Positions 57,815 through 64,000 of a DNA stretch of 64,000 nt are shown here, in pieces. Each line of letters begins with the position of its first letter. The stretch's first letter is position 1. The position numbers and the translations under genes were made by a program. This stretch comes from Candidatus Magasanikiibacteriota bacterium (GTDB taxonomy: Bacteria; Patescibacteriota; Patescibacteriia; Magasanikbacterales; 2-02-FULL-50-9b): contig CAITMK010000008.1 in NCBI GenBank assembly GCA_903893485.1, positions 10,612 through 74,611 of the forward strand, in the 5' to 3' direction. The notes under the pieces were generated by a model, which worked only from the letters and a program-made list of their open reading frames with translations, ran no database searches and had not been told where the DNA came from.

Positions 57815-58015
57815 TTTTGTGCGGCTTGTTGCGCCACGAACTAAAGTAATACGTTGTTTTGCAATTTTATAATGGGCAGCCAATAGAGCAACAACTTTTT
57901 TTGTAGCCTCACCATCTTCGGGTATCGCGGTCGTATAAGCCTTGAGCTCTGTTGGGCTAATTACAATTATTTTATTTTGCTTTGCACGTGGTGTTGCCTG
58001 CACAGTGATGCGCAT
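57794..58015 (-). CDS. DUF167 (YggU-like) protein
   Basis: VQATPRAK, PEDGEAT, LVRGATSRTK. Confidence 0.85.
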   Translation of the reverse strand: MRITVQATPRAKQNKIIVISPTELKAYTTAIPEDGEATKKVVALLAAHYKIAKQRITLVRGATSRTKLFEIDL

Positions 58016-58016
58016 A

Positions 58017-58865
58017 TTATTTCTGGTCGCGAATTTTTTTCAGTAAGGCAATATCAGCAGCGATTTTTTCAGGCTCAGTTTCGCAGTACCAATTAATATG
58101 GGCTAACTTTGGGTGATGAACGAGCGCCTTAAACCCAGGTTTTCCAATAAAACCATCGCCTAAGTGTTCGTGACGATCTTTGTGGCCGCCTAATTCAATT
58201 TTTGAATCATTGCAGTGAGACATTTTTAAGCGTTTTATGCCAATAATTTTGTCAAAATCTGAAATTGTTTTTTCAACGGCTTCGGGAGTATGCAAATCAT
58301 AGCCTGAACCAAAAGCGTGCTGCGTATCAAAACAAACATTCATTTTTTGTGATAAAGATTTATCGGAATCGGTGCCATCTAAAATCTCAGCAATTTCTTC
58401 AAAAGTATCACCGATTACCTCGCCGGCACCGGCAGAAATTTCGAGTAATAATTCTGCGCTGCCGGTATAGCCATCCAAAATGCTGCGGCAGCACTCAATA
58501 ACTGAGGCAATTCCAACTTCGCGGCCAACTTCGCGCGCAGAACCTGGGTGAAACATGATATATGAAGCACCAAGCATGCTCGCACGCGACAACTCTTCTT
58601 TTAAAATCCTAACCGAGTTTTTGCGTAGGGCAACTTTGCCTGATGCCAAATTGATGTAATATGGTGCGTGTACCACCCATTCCGAAATTTTATTTTTTTT
58701 GCAACTTGTTTTAAACTGCTCAATTTGATCAGGAAGTAGTTTTGGTGCAGGGCCGCCCTGAGGAGATCTTGAAAAGATCTGAAAGCACTCAGCACCAATT
58801 GCGGCTGCGCGTTCTGGTGCATTTTCGACTCCGCCTGCAATTGATACATGAGCCCCGAACTTCAT
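58017..58865 (-). CDS. nfo: Endonuclease IV
   Basis: GAHVSIAGG, HAPYYINL, FHPGS, CFDTQHAF, HCNDSK, DRHEH. Confidence 0.94.
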   Translation of the reverse strand: MKFGAHVSIAGGVENAPERAAAIGAECFQIFSRSPQGGPAPKLLPDQIEQFKTSCKKNKISEWVVHAPYYINLASGKVALRKNSVRILKEELSRASMLGASYIMFHPGSAREVGREVGIASVIECCRSILDGYTGSAELLLEISAGAGEVIGDTFEEIAEILDGTDSDKSLSQKMNVCFDTQHAFGSGYDLHTPEAVEKTISDFDKIIGIKRLKMSHCNDSKIELGGHKDRHEHLGDGFIGKPGFKALVHHPKLAHINWYCETEPEKIAADIALLKKIRDQK

Positions 58866-59344
58866 AGATCGTAATAGGTTATATAGGGTGATGCCGCAAT
58901 GTTTTCTGCGTATTTTGTAAGGTAAATTTGTGCGCAACGTGGTTGGATGGTGACCAATGAAATGTCAGTGATATCAAGAAGTACGGGGGTGTGCGTGCCA
59001 AACTCTGCTTGCCACTCAGGTGAACTCTCAATACCGTTACCAGCCATAAGTTCGCCCGAGATAACCCCGCACTCATAAAAAAGCTGCGTATGAGTTGCTT
59101 CGGTACCTTTATAGATGGCAGTAAACAAGAGTCGCTGCGGCGTAATAACCAGATTAACTTCTTCTTCAGCTTCGCGCAAAAGAGCAATTTCAGGTGTTTC
59201 ACCATCATCAACACCGCCACCAGGCAAAACATAGTAGCCCTCTGGGTGGTTTTTGGTAATGCGATGAATAAAAAGAATCTTTCCTTCAATAAAAGTAATA
59301 AAACGGACGCGCAAGTCCGTAGCCAGGGCAAGGGAGGTTTCCAT
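58862..59344 (-). CDS. NUDIX hydrolase
   Basis: LPGGGVDDGETPEIALLREAEEE Nudix box. Confidence 0.9.
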   Translation of the reverse strand: METSLALATDLRVRFITFIEGKILFIHRITKNHPEGYYVLPGGGVDDGETPEIALLREAEEEVNLVITPQRLLFTAIYKGTEATHTQLFYECGVISGELMAGNGIESSPEWQAEFGTHTPVLLDITDISLVTIQPRCAQIYLTKYAENIAASPYITYYDL

Positions 59345-59401
59345 AGTGTGCACAGTATAACAAACCTTGATTTATTGCGGAAATTTGGCTATGCTAGACG
59401 C

Positions 59402-60409
59402 ATGAAGATACTTATTGCCACTGGCATTTATCCTCCCGCAACAAGTGGGCCCGCTCAATATGCTGCGGCAATGGAAGACGAGTTTAAAGCGCGTGGCAAC
59501 TCAGTAACTGTTGCTACATTTAGTATTGAGCACAAACTACCAACGGGTTTGCGCCACGTGGTGTATTTTTTTAAAATTTTAAAATCCGCTTACTGCGCGG
59601 ATTTTATTTTAGCGCTTGATACCTTTAGTACCGGATTCCCGGCGGTGCTTGCGGGCAAATTATTTGGAACGCCGGTATTGCTTCGTACTGGCGGCGATTT
59701 TTTATATGAACAATATGTCGAGCGCACAAATGAACCGATAGTGCTTTCGCAATTTTATCTTGCGCCAAAATTAAATAAGAAGGAAAAAATTATTTTAAAA
59801 ATAATTCGTTGGACACTACAAAATGTTTCCGCACTCATTTTTTCTACGGAGTGGCAGCGTGATATTTTTATGAAGCCGTACGCACTTAAAAAACAAAGGA
59901 TTTTTGTGGTGCAAAATAGATTTGATAAAAAAATTTCAAATCTGCCGGCAACTCAGAAAAATTTTATTTTTGCGACCAGAAATATCGCATATAAAAATAT
60001 TTCTAATTTTAAAAAAGCATTTATTGCTGCACAAAAAAAATATCCTGAAATTACACTCGAGATAATTCACGACATGCCGCATGAAAAACTGATGGAAAAA
60101 ATGAAAACTTGTTATGTGGTTGTGATGCCGTCGCTCGGGGAAATTAGCCCCCACGTTATTTTAGATGCGGTACGTGTAAATAAACCATTTATTTTAACGC
60201 GTGAATCAGGCTATGCAGCGCTTTTTCAGGATGTTGGTATTCTGGTTGATCCGCAAGATTGTGTGAGTATGCAGCAAGGCATTGAATTTTTAGCAGAGGA
60301 TACTGCGTATGAAGCCGCGGTACTTAAGGTACAAAATTTTAATGTAATACATACGTGGAGGCAGATTGCCGATGAAATTTTAGATATATACAAAAAAATT
60401 TCAGTATGA
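59402..60409 (+). CDS. Glycosyltransferase family 4
   Basis: MKILIATGIYPP..GPA; PSLGEISPHVILDA. Confidence 0.85.
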   Translation: MKILIATGIYPPATSGPAQYAAAMEDEFKARGNSVTVATFSIEHKLPTGLRHVVYFFKILKSAYCADFILALDTFSTGFPAVLAGKLFGTPVLLRTGGDFLYEQYVERTNEPIVLSQFYLAPKLNKKEKIILKIIRWTLQNVSALIFSTEWQRDIFMKPYALKKQRIFVVQNRFDKKISNLPATQKNFIFATRNIAYKNISNFKKAFIAAQKKYPEITLEIIHDMPHEKLMEKMKTCYVVVMPSLGEISPHVILDAVRVNKPFILTRESGYAALFQDVGILVDPQDCVSMQQGIEFLAEDTAYEAAVLKVQNFNVIHTWRQIADEILDIYKKISV

Positions 60410-61491
60410 AAGTTTTCATGATTAGTTCCGATGCTTCTATTTTTGATTCGCAAAGTGATGCGCGCTTACGCATGCGAGCTTTGTCTCAAGGGCTTGAAAA
60501 CTTAACGATCGTTGTTTCGACAAAACAAAAATATAAGTCCGTAACTGATGGAGTGGTGCAGATTGTCGCAGCCGCTGGCAGTAACAAATTTTTACGTTTT
60601 GTAAAACTGTGTTTTGTTGCGCATGCTCAATTTAATAAAATCTACGAATTTGGTAATACCGTAATTACCGCGCAAGATCCATTTGAACACGGGTTAGTGG
60701 CAGCACTGCTCGCGATGATAAAAAATGCACCCGTGGAAATTCAAGTTCACACGGACGTCGCAAGCCCGTATTTTAAAAATGAAAATCTATTAAATCAGTT
60801 ACGTGCGTGGTTGGCAAAAATTATTTTGTCGCGCGCAACATATATTCGCGTGGTCAGCGAGTCGTTAAAAAAATCTTTAATAAATGGTAATTTTTTACAA
60901 CTTCCTGAAAATAAAATAAAAATAATACCTATTTTTGTTGATACGAAAAAAATTCAAGCCGCAGTGCCACTAAATTTACAGAATTTTGGACACCCAATTA
61001 TTTATATGGCTTCGCGGCTTACTGCAGAAAAACAAGTAGTACAGGCCGCACGAGTTATTCAAAAAATGAAAGCCCAATTTCCAGATATTGTACTGCTTAT
61101 TAGTGGTGATGGTCCATTAAAAAATGAATTAATGAAATTTTCTTGTGTTACGCTTACTGGCTTTGTGCCAAATGTTGAATCATATATGAAAGGTTCTGAT
61201 ATTTATCTGCTTAATTCATTGTACGAGGGATATGGCCGCACTTTAAAAATGGCATCGGCGGCAGAGGTGCCAATTGTAAGTACGCCGGTTGGAATTGCTC
61301 CAGAAATTATTACAGGAGAAAACGGAATTTTGATTGCAAAAATTGCAAATGATGAGGCGTTGGAACAGGCGCTTATGAATGCACTTCAAAGAAAAACTCC
61401 TTGGATATTTCAAGAAATTATACACGCAGAAGCAGAAGATACTATTACGAAACAGCAATCGCTTTGGCGCGAATGTTTAAATTTACAATAA
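60406..61491 (+). CDS. Glycosyltransferase family 4
   Basis: ITAQDPFE, SRLTAEK, GDGPL, SLYEGYG, IVSTPVG. Confidence 0.87.
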   Translation: MKVFMISSDASIFDSQSDARLRMRALSQGLENLTIVVSTKQKYKSVTDGVVQIVAAAGSNKFLRFVKLCFVAHAQFNKIYEFGNTVITAQDPFEHGLVAALLAMIKNAPVEIQVHTDVASPYFKNENLLNQLRAWLAKIILSRATYIRVVSESLKKSLINGNFLQLPENKIKIIPIFVDTKKIQAAVPLNLQNFGHPIIYMASRLTAEKQVVQAARVIQKMKAQFPDIVLLISGDGPLKNELMKFSCVTLTGFVPNVESYMKGSDIYLLNSLYEGYGRTLKMASAAEVPIVSTPVGIAPEIITGENGILIAKIANDEALEQALMNALQRKTPWIFQEIIHAEAEDTITKQQSLWRECLNLQ

Positions 61492-62640
61492 AATTTCTTT
61501 TGGCTTTGGGCGTGAATTATATTCAGAGGCCATTGAAAATCCATAGGCGCCCGCGTTTAAAATCGCTAAAATATTTCCTTCCTGAATCGGTGGCATTGAT
61601 CTGTTACGTGCAAATAAATCGCCGGATTCGCAAATATTTCCCGCAATTGAAACTACTGTTTCAGGACCTCCAGACACTTGCGACGCATTTACTATTGGAT
61701 GATAGGATCCATACATCGCGGGTCGTACTAAATGATTAAAGCCAGAATTTACGCCAACAAAAATTTTGTATGGCGTTTTTTTAATGTCAGTAACCGTAAC
61801 TAAAAGTGTTCCCGATTCACAAACTAGATAGCGGCCTGATTCAAAAATAATTTCTGGTCGTGAACCATAACTCGCGACAAAATTTTCAAGCGACGCATCA
61901 ATACGTTTGCCAAGTTGTTTCATGTCGAGTGCTATTTCGGTGGGCTGATACGGCACACCAAATCCTCCACCACAATCGATATATTGAAGAGCGGGGAACT
62001 GATGAGCTGTTTCAAGAAGTGTATCGATTGCGCGCATAAAAATATCAGCATCTAAAATGTTTGATCCAATGTGTTGATGTAAACCAATAATTTTTAAGTT
62101 ATTTTTAGCAGCCGCCGCATGAAGTTCATCGAGCTGTGCAATATCAATACCAAATTTACTATCGGGCCCCCCGGTAATCACATGATCGTGATGACCCGCA
62201 CCAATGCCTTGATTTAATCGAACGCCAATTTCTGATCCAGGCTTGATGCGGCCCCATTTTTCAACTTGCCCCAATGAGTCCAAATTTACACGAATATTTC
62301 GATTTGCCAACCACTGAAGTTCAGCCAAAGTGAGATTGCTACAGGTAAAAATAATCTCTTCCGGCTTAAAGCCAGCTGTAAAAGCACGCTCGACTTCGCC
62401 AGGGCTAACTGCTTCTATGCGGGCACCTTCGCCGTGTAATATGCGCATTACGCCATCATGCGTATTTGCTTTACAAGCAAAATGGACATGCATTGGTTTG
62501 TAGGAAATTGAATCCGTAATTGCGTGATACGCGCTGCGAATTTTTGATGCCTCATATACATAAAGTGGCGAGCCATGCGTTGCAACCAAATCGTCTGCAG
62601 ATATATTTCCAAAATAAAGTTTATTTTCGCGGGTTTCCAT
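61483..62640 (-). CDS. lysA: Diaminopimelate decarboxylase
   Basis: FACKAN (PLP Lys), SKFG, HIGS, GGGFG, ESGR, RPAMYG, GNICESGD, GAYG. Confidence 0.93.
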   Translation of the reverse strand: METRENKLYFGNISADDLVATHGSPLYVYEASKIRSAYHAITDSISYKPMHVHFACKANTHDGVMRILHGEGARIEAVSPGEVERAFTAGFKPEEIIFTCSNLTLAELQWLANRNIRVNLDSLGQVEKWGRIKPGSEIGVRLNQGIGAGHHDHVITGGPDSKFGIDIAQLDELHAAAAKNNLKIIGLHQHIGSNILDADIFMRAIDTLLETAHQFPALQYIDCGGGFGVPYQPTEIALDMKQLGKRIDASLENFVASYGSRPEIIFESGRYLVCESGTLLVTVTDIKKTPYKIFVGVNSGFNHLVRPAMYGSYHPIVNASQVSGGPETVVSIAGNICESGDLFARNRSMPPIQEGNILAILNAGAYGFSMASEYNSRPKPKEILL

Positions 62641-62669
62641 AGTTAATACACTGTATCACAAATTAGAAA

Positions 62670-62700
62670 TAAAAAAATCAGGCCAAGGCCTGATTTTTTG
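62670..62700. terminator. Intrinsic terminator after GST gene
   Basis: AAAAAATCAGGCC-AA-GGCCTGATTTTTT. Confidence 0.75.
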
Positions 62701-62710
62701 TGAAAACCAA

Positions 62711-63307
62711 TTAAGCGGCGTTAACTTTTTGTGCTGCAGGACGTGAAAGAATTGGTGTAAGCCAAGCAGTAATTGCAGGATATTCGCTAAGCGAAATTCC
62801 AATCACATCGGCGCGCATTACAATAGATGCGGCCGTAATATCAGCAAGGGTAAATTTCTCTGCAACCAAATATGTTTTGTTTTCAAGCGCCGCATTTAAA
62901 ATACCAAGCCAACGAGGGATTTCTGTGTGTGCGGCAGCAGTCGCATCGTTGTCTGGGGTGTTGCGCCACTTTTGCATAAACAATACCGAGAAAGAATGAT
63001 ACAGGTGAATCACGGACCACAAAGTCCACTGATTAATTAATGCGCGCTCTTCAACAGTTGATCCACCAAGTTGTGGCGCATATTTTTCTACAATGTAATT
63101 CATGATCGCAATAGATTCCCAAAGCACAAAATCACCATCAACTAATGTTGGGACTTTCCCATTTGGATTAAGTGCTAAATATTCAGCAGTTTTGTGACCG
63201 CCCGATGCCATGTCAACGTGAATGTTTTCATATGCAACACCAGCTTCTTCAAGAAGCCACATGCAACGCGCCGCACTCGATTGTTTTGGTCCGTAAATTT
63301 TGATCAT
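62711..63307 (-). CDS. Glutathione S-transferase family protein
   Basis: LNPNGKVPTL, LWESIAI, FTLADI. Confidence 0.92.
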   Translation of the reverse strand: MIKIYGPKQSSAARCMWLLEEAGVAYENIHVDMASGGHKTAEYLALNPNGKVPTLVDGDFVLWESIAIMNYIVEKYAPQLGGSTVEERALINQWTLWSVIHLYHSFSVLFMQKWRNTPDNDATAAAHTEIPRWLGILNAALENKTYLVAEKFTLADITAASIVMRADVIGISLSEYPAITAWLTPILSRPAAQKVNAA

Positions 63308-63317
63308 ATATTTTTTA

Positions 63318-64000
63318 TTAAACGCGTAAATTTTTTCTGGTGACAAACTGCATGATACCAAAGAACAGGGCTGATACGCCAATAACCACCACTAATGAAA
63401 TAAATGGGTTTGTATCGCTGTATCCGGTGACGGCATAACGAATAATATTTATGTTATGGTGAATTGGATTAAATTGACTTAGAACCGCCCATTTGCCAGG
63501 CAGTGTTGAGATCGGATAAAAAACACCAGCCAAAAAAATCATTGGTTGCATCACGAAAGTGGTCATGAAAGTAAGAGTTTCAAAGTTTTTTGCCCAAAAA
63601 CCAAAACTCACGCCAAGCATACCAAACTCAATACCCGTGAGCCCGATGCCCGCAATTAAATAAGGCCAACTGTGAATTCCAAGACCTGGAATAAACCAAA
63701 CTGTTGCTAAAACCGCAACAAGCAGTGTTAAAAAACCGCGAGTCAATGCAGCGAGCGCATAAGCGACACCAATCTTCCAAGCTTTAATTGGCACCAATTG
63801 CAAATCAATTATGTTTCCAACATTTTTTGAAATGATAAGCGCAAATGAGGGGTTTGAAAAACTACTATTAACCATCATCATGCCGAGCAGACCCACATAT
63901 ACAAAAGTAATATAGGGAAGTGAGTGCGCGCCGTCGGTAATGGTGCGCCCGCCCGCAACGACACCAAACACGCCTAAATATAGAGCAACTGAAACAATCG
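63318..64000 (-). CDS. ABC-2 type transporter permease (5' truncated by window)
   Basis: Multi-TM; PMIFLAGVFYPI, FNPIHH..N..RY. Confidence 0.88.
   Translation of the reverse strand, partial: IVSVALYLGVFGVVAGGRTITDGAHSLPYITFVYVGLLGMMMVNSSFSNPSFALIISKNVGNIIDLQLVPIKAWKIGVAYALAALTRGFLTLLVAVLATVWFIPGLGIHSWPYLIAGIGLTGIEFGMLGVSFGFWAKNFETLTFMTTFVMQPMIFLAGVFYPISTLPGKWAVLSQFNPIHHNINIIRYAVTGYSDTNPFISLVVVIGVSALFFGIMQFVTRKNLRV

Noticed and set aside
1-64000. CRISPR array, DGR/retron, prophage or IS transposase
   Set aside because: No regularly spaced repeats, reverse transcriptase, phage structural genes or transposase motifs were seen.

Overview
This is the replication-origin region of a small-genome bacterium, most likely Patescibacteria/CPR (inferred from the TrbC/VirB2-like pilin array, largely SD-less genes and gene content; standard code, TGA used as stop). 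Core genes include dnaA, dnaN, rpmH, rnpA, yidD, polA, holA, rpsT, gltX, galU, nrdBA, rmuC, a Xer recombinase, PBP1A, nfo, lysA, msrA/msrB and three tRNAs (Ala-GGC, Arg-CCT, Cys-GCA). Non-coding features include oriC with DnaA boxes and DnaA-trios, two parS sites, a probable 6S RNA, and LexA and NrdR boxes. The most striking feature is about 11 GC-richer, self-contained single-gene units scattered between native genes. Each has a sigma70 promoter, usually an SD, one ORF, a long bulged hairpin and TTTTTAT. In two tandem pairs the terminator hairpin (and to a lesser degree the promoter) is homologous while the ORFs look unrelated, suggesting a cassette-shuffling system. Also notable are an 8-pilin array with Cys-rich/defensin-like tips, a degenerate LAGLIDADG gene sitting on parS and DnaA boxes, a leader-peptide attenuator and a 143-bp multibranched inverted-repeat element. 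GC statements are visual estimates; no database searches were run.
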